Source: Candidatus Aenigmatarchaeota archaeon (GTDB taxonomy: Archaea; Aenigmatarchaeota; Aenigmatarchaeia; GW2011-AR5). Taken from it: 64,000 bases of DNA. The stretch covers positions 117,864 to 181,863 of the forward strand of contig JACQID010000004.1 of the NCBI GenBank assembly GCA_016198685.1, written 5' to 3'. Position numbers and translations under genes: made by a program. The notes beneath the pieces were generated by a model that made no database searches, had not been told where the DNA came from, and saw only the letters and a program-made list of their open reading frames with translations. Positions 9,379-17,352 of this stretch are shown piece by piece; the stretch's first letter is position 1; every line of letters starts with the position of its first letter.

Positions 9379-10389
9379 ATGAAAATGAAGAGGATGCTCC
9401 TTGCAGAGGAAACGCTGTTCAAGGATGAAGAAATCTTTTCCTTTGACCACGTTCCGGAAGTTTTCTCTTTTCGCGATAACCAGCTCAATGCCATGGCAGC
9501 TTCGCTGAAGCCTGCAAAGCGCAACAGGAAAGCCTCTAATCTTCTTCTCATAGGAGGTCCGGCAACAGGCAAGACTACTGCAGTAAAGATAGTTTTTGAG
9601 CAACTATCCGGGCCTCTGTGTGTCAGGGTAAACAGCGAAATAGCCGCTTCGCCGTATAGGGTTTTTTCGGAAATCCATAAAAAGGTATTCGGATTTCTGC
9701 CGCCGGATACGGGCATATCGCTTCCCGCTATCTACGACAAGATATTCGGCCGGCTTCTCAGGGAAAAGAAGTATATTGTAGTCGCGCTTGACGATATACA
9801 GTATCTGCTTTCAGAGATGAACAAGGTGCTTTATGACCTGCTGAGAGCAGGCGAAAGCTATCCGGGCGCAGGCGTATCGGTCATGGCAATCACGGACAAG
9901 AATATAATGCAAAAGCTCGACGACAAGGTGCGCTCAGTGTTCCATCCGCAGGAAATAAGGTTTCCGGAATACACGGCAGAGGAAACGTTCCAGATACTAA
10001 AGCAACGCCGTGATATAGGCCTGTACGCAGGCGTCCTTGAAGACGCGCTGCTAAAACAAGTGGCAGAGGCTAGTTATGCAAAGCATGATCTGCGTTTTGG
10101 CATAGAAGCCATCCGCAAAGCTGCTGTGAGTGCAGAAGCGGATGCTTCTTCATCAATAGAAAGAAAACATATAGTTCTTGAAGAGACTTCTCTGCCGAAG
10201 GAAGAGTCCGAATTACTCGCATTCATTCCCGCAGAAGGTATAAAGTCAGGCGATCTTTACGCTCTTGTGGAAAGCAAGATGGGATATACCAAGTTTTATC
10301 GTGTTCTGCAAAGGCTTGAAGCCGGGGGCATTATAGAAGCGGAATCTATAAGAGGTGTCGGCAACACTAGATTAATAAAAAAGAGGTGA
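9379..10389 (+). CDS. orc1: Orc1/Cdc6 family AAA+ replication initiator
   Basis: Walker A LLIGGPATGKTT. Walker B VVALDDIQYL. C-terminal winged-helix region. 336 aa. Confidence 0.85.
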   Translation: MKMKRMLLAEETLFKDEEIFSFDHVPEVFSFRDNQLNAMAASLKPAKRNRKASNLLLIGGPATGKTTAVKIVFEQLSGPLCVRVNSEIAASPYRVFSEIHKKVFGFLPPDTGISLPAIYDKIFGRLLREKKYIVVALDDIQYLLSEMNKVLYDLLRAGESYPGAGVSVMAITDKNIMQKLDDKVRSVFHPQEIRFPEYTAEETFQILKQRRDIGLYAGVLEDALLKQVAEASYAKHDLRFGIEAIRKAAVSAEADASSSIERKHIVLEETSLPKEESELLAFIPAEGIKSGDLYALVESKMGYTKFYRVLQRLEAGGIIEAESIRGVGNTRLIKKR

Positions 10390-10393
10390 ATAC

Positions 10394-10567
10394 ATGATAG
10401 GAAAACTTCTCGGTAAGAAGAAAGCTCCTTTCGGCGGTTATTCCATAAGCTTTGCCGGCAGGACAGAAACTGTTGAAGAAATCTTCGGTAACAAGCCCAT
10501 AACTCCTAGTGAGATGACTAAGAAGCTCTGGGAATTTGTCAAGAAGAAGAAACTTGCAAACAGGTAA
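10394..10567 (+). CDS. 57-aa protein with SWIB/MDM2-like C-terminal motif (below track size cutoff)
   Basis: Perfect SD GAGGTGA lies 4 nt before ATG 10394. Protein is MIGKLLGKKKAPFGGYSISFAGRTETVEEIFGNKPITPSEMTKKLWEFVKKKKLANR. TAA at 10565-10567. Confidence 0.35.
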   Translation: MIGKLLGKKKAPFGGYSISFAGRTETVEEIFGNKPITPSEMTKKLWEFVKKKKLANR

Positions 10568-10593
10568 AATGTGTTATTATTTTTCCCATTAAT

Positions 10594-10791
10594 TTAACGG
10601 ATTTTTCTTTTCATTATAACTGCGCCTGCGGCGCCTAAAAGAATTAGCGCCAAGAGCGGCATGCTATAACCGGTGATATCATCTGGCATTTGCAAACCTG
10701 GACTGTCCGGAGCAATGCCGACCGCTATATCGCCGGAGACTTCCCCCTGAATCAGCAATATAAGAAACAGGAGAATCACGACCGGCTTCAT
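10594..10791 (-). CDS. small secreted/membrane peptide (signal peptide plus C-terminal TM and basic tail)
   Basis: MKPVVILLFLILLIQGEVSG ... PLLALILLGAAGAVIMKRKIR. ATG overlaps the stop of the upstream ATPase gene (ATGA). Confidence 0.4.
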   Translation of the reverse strand: MKPVVILLFLILLIQGEVSGDIAVGIAPDSPGLQMPDDITGYSMPLLALILLGAAGAVIMKRKIR

Positions 10792-12260
10792 TTCTTTCCC
10801 CTCGATCGCATGAAGCCTGCTATCATGAGTGAAAGCAAGAAAACTCCTGTGACTGCGGCGGCAAATCTGAATTCAAGGAATGAATAAGCAAATCCCATGA
10901 CAACTGCGAATAATGCACCTCTCTTAATGCTGGAAAAATATGCTTTCATGCCGCGTACAAACCATAATAGCGGGGGGAAATATCTGTACTCATCCCTTAT
11001 GTATATCGCATCGTCCTCTTCTTCAAGGACTATAGGTTTCTTGCGTTCTTGCGCAGGCGTTTCTTCTGATCGCTCGTCTTCCTCTTTTTCTTCTTTTTTT
11101 GCCGGCTCTTTCTGCTTGGTTTCGTGCGGTTTTTCAGCTTTTCTTTCTTTCTTGACTGTTTTCAGGCCTTTTCTTTTCCACAGCGGCGTTATTTTCACTT
11201 TTTCATTGCCATTTTTTGATGAAAGATTGACAAAACCGGTTCCAACTTCAGTGAGGTTCTTGATTTCTTCGAAGTTTATCCCCATTTGCCTGCCTACAAA
11301 GATAGCATCTTTCTCCAATCGGCATTGGAACGCTATTATGCCTCCGACATTTGCAAGGACGGTATCCGAGAAGTCAGAAGGCCTCTGCGAAGACAAAATA
11401 ACTCCTGTGCCGTACTTTCTTGACTCTCTGAGCAGATCATTCAGAGGCGATTTTTCGTCTATGAGTCTGTGTGCTTCATCCACTATGCAATAAAGCACCA
11501 TCTTGTCTGTTTTGCCTCTGGCATAGAGCTCGTACTTTAGTTTATTGATAAAGAACTCAGCAATTGCGTACTTTACCTCTTCAGTTGGCATATTCTTGAG
11601 CTTCAGCACGGTTGTTTCGGCAAAAATGTTCTTGAATGGTATTGCGCTCTTCTTTGAAGTGAAGAAACCGGTATTAAAGAGCGGTCGCAGTCTTACAAGC
11701 AGCGTTTCTATCGTTTGTGATGACCTTTTTTCCTCTTTTAGGTACTCCGCTTTGTTTTCAAGCACGTTTTTTACGTCCTCGAAGGTCGGGGCATCCTGCT
11801 TTTCCATGCTCTTGATGTCTATTCCTTTGTCCCGATAGGCCGAGAGTATGGCGTCTTGTAATACTCCTTCCTGTTGCACGCCAAGCACGAAAATCTTTTT
11901 CAATATGTTTGAGACCTTGTACATTGCAGCTTCGGGTGTTTCGGGGGCATATTCGAGCGGGTTTATCGTCATATTCGTGAAGTCAAGGACATTATCAGCA
12001 ACATTATCGAAGTCCTGATGGAAATCCACAATGAAAGAAGGAACGCCGCCTGCCGAAAGCTCATGAATAATTGCTTTTAGCGTTTCTGTTTTGCCGGAAC
12101 CCGAAGTTCCGACGACCATGAAGTGCGGATTTTTTTCGTTCTTTGGCGCCCATTTTATTTCGTTTCCGTTGTCGCCCTTGCCAAGTATGATCTCCAAAAC
12201 CATCATAATCATTGCACAATGAAGGACATAAAATAATATCACGTCCGTTTTTGTAAACAA
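10788..12260 (-). CDS. DUF87/HerA-FtsK-like P-loop ATPase with K/E-rich linker and C-terminal TM hairpin
   Basis: Walker A VVGTSGSGKT. Walker B CIVDEAHRL. Linker KKEEKEEDERSEE. C-terminal hydrophobic helices. Track start is TTG at 12260; alternative ATGs at 12212/12206/12203. Confidence 0.6.
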   Translation of the reverse strand: MFTKTDVILFYVLHCAMIMMVLEIILGKGDNGNEIKWAPKNEKNPHFMVVGTSGSGKTETLKAIIHELSAGGVPSFIVDFHQDFDNVADNVLDFTNMTINPLEYAPETPEAAMYKVSNILKKIFVLGVQQEGVLQDAILSAYRDKGIDIKSMEKQDAPTFEDVKNVLENKAEYLKEEKRSSQTIETLLVRLRPLFNTGFFTSKKSAIPFKNIFAETTVLKLKNMPTEEVKYAIAEFFINKLKYELYARGKTDKMVLYCIVDEAHRLIDEKSPLNDLLRESRKYGTGVILSSQRPSDFSDTVLANVGGIIAFQCRLEKDAIFVGRQMGINFEEIKNLTEVGTGFVNLSSKNGNEKVKITPLWKRKGLKTVKKERKAEKPHETKQKEPAKKEEKEEDERSEETPAQERKKPIVLEEEDDAIYIRDEYRYFPPLLWFVRGMKAYFSSIKRGALFAVVMGFAYSFLEFRFAAAVTGVFLLSLMIAGFMRSRGKK

Positions 12261-12432
12261 AAATCACTTCTTTGAGTCCAATGCGTAAATTTATATTGTA
12301 AAAAATCGGAATACTTAAATATAACTTCAGGAAATATAATTACAGGTGAACACAAATGGCAGCCAAGAAAGCAAAAAAGAAAAAGTAATTAACTAAATAA
12401 ATCATATATAATTTTTATTTTCTTTTTTTATT

Positions 12433-13140
12433 TCATTCTGTTTTCAGCGTGTAATAAATTCTTCTGTTGTTCTTTCCTTTGTTCTCGAGCTTCAGAAGCT
12501 CGATTATGCCTACTTCTTTTGTATTTCCAACGTGTGTTCCGCCATCGGCTTGCTTGTCAATGTCGCCTATCTCCATGATGTGAAGTTCGTTGACAGAAGG
12601 CGGCAAGGCCTTTGCCAGCTTTATGACGCCTTCTATCTTCATTGCGTCTTCCGTTGGCAAGAAATAGTGCTTCACTTCTATGTTTCGGGCCATCGCCTCG
12701 TTTGCCATCCTGACATATTCCGTTATTTTGTCACGGTCCAAATTCTCCAAAGAAAAATCTATCCTGCTTTCCGCAACGCCGAGCTGGTTTCCGGTTATAA
12801 GAGCCCCGGTTTCCTTGTGCATTATTGCGCTCAGGACATGCGCTGCGGTATGCATTTTCATGAGGGCGTAGCGTCTTGGCCAATCAATAGTGCAATGAAC
12901 CTTGTCGCCTTCCTTCAGGCCTTCCTTGTCTACTTCATGAGACACGTTTCCATCTTTCTTGATGGCAAAAACAACCCTGAACTCCTCATCGCCGCGGCGA
13001 ACCGTTCCCGTATCGCTTGGCTGGCCGCCGCCGCTGGGGTAGAATGCGGTGTTGTCAAGAACTATCAATTTGCCGTCGGCTCTGACAATCGTTGCATCAA
13101 ACTCCTTAAGGTAAGAATCTTCAAGATAAAGAGGGCGCAT
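12433..13140 (-). CDS. alaX: alanyl-tRNA synthetase editing-domain homolog AlaX
   Basis: Zinc motifs HTAAHVLSAIMH and ADGGTHVGNTKEVG. 235 aa. Confidence 0.85.
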   Translation of the reverse strand: MRPLYLEDSYLKEFDATIVRADGKLIVLDNTAFYPSGGGQPSDTGTVRRGDEEFRVVFAIKKDGNVSHEVDKEGLKEGDKVHCTIDWPRRYALMKMHTAAHVLSAIMHKETGALITGNQLGVAESRIDFSLENLDRDKITEYVRMANEAMARNIEVKHYFLPTEDAMKIEGVIKLAKALPPSVNELHIMEIGDIDKQADGGTHVGNTKEVGIIELLKLENKGKNNRRIYYTLKTE

Positions 13141-13219
13141 TTGCTATCCTTGTAGGGAGTGTTTTTATTTGTTAGGGTTACTAAGTAACTTCATGAAGCA
13201 CGAAAAAACTCTATAGTCG

Positions 13220-13504
13220 TCATTGTATGATATCGAGATAGCGTTCAATTTCAGTTCTGTAATCAACATCACCGCTTAATTTGTTCATTATTGTGATTAC
13301 TGGGTCTTTTATGGCATCCAATAAAAGACCGGAATCTATTTCATGGCGAATTCCCTCGTAAGACAGCATCCCGGTGCGCACAACGGCCGCTACCCCTATC
13401 GAAAGAGCCGTATGCACATCATATCCGCGTTCCATGGCTCTAGACATGGTTGTGGTCATTATATCCGTCATTTGTAACATATGTGCATATTCCATATATA
13501 TCAT
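13220..13504 (-). CDS. hypothetical protein
   Basis: Start placed at the internal ATG (MIYMEYAHMLQM...), which lies 2 nt after the stop of the upstream zinc-ribbon gene. The track ORF extends to 13600. Confidence 0.4.
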   Translation of the reverse strand: MIYMEYAHMLQMTDIMTTTMSRAMERGYDVHTALSIGVAAVVRTGMLSYEGIRHEIDSGLLLDAIKDPVITIMNKLSGDVDYRTEIERYLDIIQ

Positions 13505-13506
13505 CT

Positions 13507-13710
13507 TCACTTCTTCTCGGTCTTGATTTCCTTCGAAGAACAGGACGGGCACTTCAGGGTATTGTAGAACCATACATAGCTGCAAGAATGGCACTTCCAT
13601 TTATCAACGAACTTCTTCTTGTGTTTCAGTACACGAGCCGATGCTTTTTCCAGCATTTCTACGTCTTCTCTAGTCAGAAAGCCGATTATCTTTCTCTTTA
13701 ATTCACTCAT
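13507..13710 (-). CDS. small zinc-ribbon protein
   Basis: CHSCSYVWFYNTLKCPSCSS provides two CxxC pairs. 67 aa. Confidence 0.5.
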   Translation of the reverse strand: MSELKRKIIGFLTREDVEMLEKASARVLKHKKKFVDKWKCHSCSYVWFYNTLKCPSCSSKEIKTEKK

Positions 13711-13787
13711 AAGTAGTATATTAGAATAGAAATCTTTTTAAGGCTTTGTGTTTGTTCTGATTTAGTGGTAACTAAACCCATAGTGGG

Positions 13788-14450
13788 ATGCCTGATTTTT
13801 ATCCTTTTACAGTCTTAAAAACGGACATGAAAGTCGTGCTCGGAAAGCCGGCTGCTATAAGCATAATTCTTTCAGCCGTGGAAGTGTACAAAAAAGAGAC
13901 TTACGGCATACTTTTGGGCGAGCGCAACGGCCAAACAATAAAAGTCAACCAGGCTCTCAGCTTTCAATCGGCAAACCGTGATTATGAATATGTTTCGATG
14001 GAAACAGCGAGGGAAAACAGGATAAATTACATTCTTCGCTACCTTTCCGGCTTCAAAGTAGTAGGAGATTTCCATTCCCATCCTGATTTTCCTGAGAAAC
14101 TAAGCAAGCATGATACAGAAGAACTCAGGAAAGCTGGAGAAGGCACTGTTTCGGTATTGATTCTCATAAAAAAGACCTCTGCCGGGAAGAAATGGAGGTA
14201 TGATGCCGCAGGCAAAAGGATAGCCGGCGTATTGGCCGGCCGATACTTCATAGGCATTACAGCTTCGATCTACAATTACAAGAAAAAAAAAGCCGAACGC
14301 ATACCTTTAATCTGTAGGCATCTCAAGGAAATGAACCAGAGGATCAGGCTCTATTCTAAACTGGAAAAGAAGCTGGAGAAACTTGAGAAGGAAGAAATGC
14401 GGGCAAAACGGCTTAAAAAAATGCTCGTGGCCTTGAAAATGAAGGTATAA
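13788..14450 (+). CDS. JAMM/MPN+ metalloprotease domain protein with coiled-coil C-terminal tail
   Basis: Exact JAMM motif HxHx7Sx2D in GDFHSHPDFPEKLSKHD. Upstream Glu in ETYGILLGE. C-terminus KLEKKLEKLEKEEMRAKRLKKML. Confidence 0.7.
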   Translation: MPDFYPFTVLKTDMKVVLGKPAAISIILSAVEVYKKETYGILLGERNGQTIKVNQALSFQSANRDYEYVSMETARENRINYILRYLSGFKVVGDFHSHPDFPEKLSKHDTEELRKAGEGTVSVLILIKKTSAGKKWRYDAAGKRIAGVLAGRYFIGITASIYNYKKKKAERIPLICRHLKEMNQRIRLYSKLEKKLEKLEKEEMRAKRLKKMLVALKMKV

Positions 14451-14607
14451 GGGCAGACATCATTCTTTTTATTCTCCCGCTGCAATTATAGCTCTGCATA
14501 TTATATTGAAGGACATAATAAACGGGAGTTATATGCTCCTTCAGGTCCAGAGATCTTATCTGTGCGAAAATCAATGCATTTGATTATAAAACAAGGGAGG
14601 CGATTGA

Positions 14608-14778
14608 ATGTCTTATAGCGTGGCATCCAAAGTAAAGGAGCTCATAAAAGCAAGGGAGATGAACTGTGCAGGCGACTTCTGTGACGCCCTGGATAAAATG
14701 ATTGAACAGAAAATTGACAGGGCCGTGGAAAGAGCCAAAGCCAATGACAGAAAGACCGTTAGAGGAAGCGACCTCTGA
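14608..14778 (+). CDS. 56-aa histone-fold-like DNA-binding protein candidate (below track cutoff)
   Basis: SD GGGAGG upstream. [56 protein letters not shown] aligns with the archaeal histone pattern (...AKHAGRKTIKAEDI). Confidence 0.4.
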   Translation: MSYSVASKVKELIKAREMNCAGDFCDALDKMIEQKIDRAVERAKANDRKTVRGSDL

Positions 14779-14870
14779 GGGCATATTTTTTCCTTTTTTG
14801 CTTCATTCTTGACGTATAAATATTTTCCTCCAAAATTTACTATAAAAACCTTCGCAGGGATGAGTTTCGG

Positions 14871-17117
14871 ATGGTAATGTTTTTACAAAACGGGCTTATG
14901 GGCCATATTATGTCTCTTGCCAAAGTACAGCCTCATTTACCAGCACTGCTTTCATGCGACGAAGAGGGCAGAATCATCCATACGATTGACTATTCGGACC
15001 TTTATGAAAAGCTGCAAAATATAGGTTCCTGGTTCGAGTCCATAAAATTGTCCAGCGGAGATACAGTTGCGCTTGCCATGCATAACAGGGCAGAGTTGCT
15101 GCTCGTCAGCTGGGCCGCATGGTCTCTTGGCATAATAACAGCTCCGCTTGATGTAAGAAGAGATGCCGAAGAGCAGCATCTGTATAAAATAGGACTTACC
15201 AAGCCGAAGCTTCTATTGGGAGATAAAAAATTTTCCGGTCTCATGAGGAATTTTGAAGACATTGAAAGCATTTCATCGCTTTCTGCGGCCAAGCCGGTTG
15301 CGTGGAAAAAAGGAATCGAGCATCCGGCGTTGATACTTTTTACATCCGGAACAACTTCCCATCCGAAAGGCGCAAAGCTCAGCCTCAAGAACCTCATGAC
15401 TAATGCCGACGGCATCAGAGACTGGTTCAAGATTACAGAGAAAGACAGGTTTCTTGTTTTGCTGCCGCTGCATCATATAAATTCCACGAGTTTCACGCTT
15501 GCGACGATATTAGGCGGGGCAAGCATAGCGATACCGCCTGCTTATTCGAGCTCAAAATTCTGGTCACAACTGGCAAATAGCCAAAGCACATTTACCTCTA
15601 TTGTGCCGACAATATGCTTCGACCAGCTATCACAGGAGTCTGCTTTCAAATCAGAAAATCTGCATGTTACAAGGATACAGATAGGCTCTGCCCCGGTCAT
15701 CGCGGGCGACGCAAAGAAGTTCATTGAGATGTACAAAATACCCCTTTATCAGGGATATGGGCAGACGGAAACTGCCCTGCGCGTCACAGGAGTGCCTCTT
15801 GATTTGGATAAGAAAAGTTATAGCCGTCTCGTCGATGAAAATAGCATAGGCAAGCCGATGAAATGGGCGGATGTAATAATAATGGGGAAGGACGGAAAAG
15901 CTCTGCGTGAAGGTGAAGAAGGCGAGCTTGCAGTAAAGGGAGATGCAATAATGGAGGGATATCTTGGGAATCAGAATAACAACGATGTCTTTAGAAATGG
16001 GTACTTCCTTACAGGTGATATAGGCTTCTACAATAAAATAAATGGGGAGTCATTTTTCTTCCTTAAGGGCAGATCCAAAGAGATAATAATCAAGGGCGGA
16101 GTCAATATTTCTCCGGCGTCCGTGGAAGATCGTTTGAAGCAATGCGATTCTGCTATAGACCAGGTCTATGTGATAGGCCTGCCTGACAGGCGATACGGCG
16201 AAGAAGTTGCTGCCGTCGTCTGCTGGAAGAAGGGCGAAGATGCAGTAAAGGCCGAAGCCAAACTAAGGTACAGGCTTATGAATCCGCTTCCAAACATAAG
16301 GTCATTCGAGGTTCCGCAGTATATAACGACTATAAACGCTTCGGAACTGCCTATGACATCGACAGGCAAAGTTCAGCGTTCTGTAATCAAAAAAATGATC
16401 GCTCCTGAAAAATTCCGGCATGTAAACACGATAGTTAAGAGCGAAAAATACGAATTCATGCGCCTTGCTGCTTACGATAAGCCACGAATGAAAGAGGCGC
16501 TTGAGCTTTTCAATCGCTGCTGGCAGCCGCTTAGTATTGATGCCCAGAAATTCCATGAGCATGTAAGCAATGGTTTTGTCATGGTATGCGTGCCTAAGAA
16601 AGGCGGCGCAATTGAAAGCATGATAAGCCTGCTGCGCACAGATCTTACAGACAAAGAACTTTCAAAATCAACATATGATAAACTGACAGGAAATTTGTCA
16701 ATGTCAACAAGCAAGCTTTACGGGAAGAACATAGTCTGCGTTTCCATATGCAGCTCTGCCTATGTGCCTCAAGAGCCAAAACAAGCCAAACCGCCGTCTG
16801 TTTCTTACATGGAAAAATATCTTGAAGCAGGCAAGGACCCTGTTTATGGATTCCATGCAAAAAAGAAAGGCGGCATAGAAGGTGCCAAGCTGCTCTCTTT
16901 GTTGCCGAATGCGAGACCGGATGACAAGCTTTCCTTGGGCTATTGCATGCTTCTTGAATATGCGCGAATACCTAATGCGCCTTGCATACCAGAAAGTGCA
17001 TCGCCTGCCTCGCAGCTTATAGAAGCTGTCATGGAATTTGCAAGGCAGCAGGACGTGGAGCGCGTATTTGCTTTCTCAAGGCCCGCAGGGGCATCCGAAT
17101 ATTTTAGCAGGAAATAA
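14871..17117 (+). CDS. AMP-dependent synthetase/ligase (ANL family) fused to a ~250-aa C-terminal domain of unknown function
   Basis: AMP-binding motif LFTSGTTSHPKGA, GYGQTE and a KGG...K C-terminal ANL motif fall within the first ~500 aa. Residues ~500-748 have no recognised motif. TATAAAAA lies ~20 nt upstream. Confidence 0.75.
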   Translation: MVMFLQNGLMGHIMSLAKVQPHLPALLSCDEEGRIIHTIDYSDLYEKLQNIGSWFESIKLSSGDTVALAMHNRAELLLVSWAAWSLGIITAPLDVRRDAEEQHLYKIGLTKPKLLLGDKKFSGLMRNFEDIESISSLSAAKPVAWKKGIEHPALILFTSGTTSHPKGAKLSLKNLMTNADGIRDWFKITEKDRFLVLLPLHHINSTSFTLATILGGASIAIPPAYSSSKFWSQLANSQSTFTSIVPTICFDQLSQESAFKSENLHVTRIQIGSAPVIAGDAKKFIEMYKIPLYQGYGQTETALRVTGVPLDLDKKSYSRLVDENSIGKPMKWADVIIMGKDGKALREGEEGELAVKGDAIMEGYLGNQNNNDVFRNGYFLTGDIGFYNKINGESFFFLKGRSKEIIIKGGVNISPASVEDRLKQCDSAIDQVYVIGLPDRRYGEEVAAVVCWKKGEDAVKAEAKLRYRLMNPLPNIRSFEVPQYITTINASELPMTSTGKVQRSVIKKMIAPEKFRHVNTIVKSEKYEFMRLAAYDKPRMKEALELFNRCWQPLSIDAQKFHEHVSNGFVMVCVPKKGGAIESMISLLRTDLTDKELSKSTYDKLTGNLSMSTSKLYGKNIVCVSICSSAYVPQEPKQAKPPSVSYMEKYLEAGKDPVYGFHAKKKGGIEGAKLLSLLPNARPDDKLSLGYCMLLEYARIPNAPCIPESASPASQLIEAVMEFARQQDVERVFAFSRPAGASEYFSRK

Positions 17118-17163
17118 TGATGATTTTACAGTTTGAGATTAATAAAATAGAAATGCAAAAATG

Positions 17164-17352
17164 TTAGTCGAGGTCCGTATCTATATCATCCAGAGTATTC
17201 TGAAGACTCTCAACGTTAGTGGCTATATCACCCACTGCTTCGGAAGCCTGTTCCTGCGTTTTCACGGGGTTGTCGTTGCCTATGCAGCCGCTCATGAAAA
17301 CGAGAGAACTGATCACAACGAGCAGCATGAAAACAGCTTTTACGTTCATCAT
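17164..17352 (-). CDS. small lipoprotein-like secreted protein
   Basis: MMNVKAVFMLLVVISSLVFMSGC has a signal peptide plus lipobox-like Cys. ATG overlaps the stop of the upstream large gene (ATGA). Confidence 0.45.
   Translation of the reverse strand: MMNVKAVFMLLVVISSLVFMSGCIGNDNPVKTQEQASEAVGDIATNVESLQNTLDDIDTDLD

Noticed and set aside
12532-13155. 207-aa plus-strand ORF
   Set aside because: It is antisense to alaX, which has clear zinc-binding motifs.
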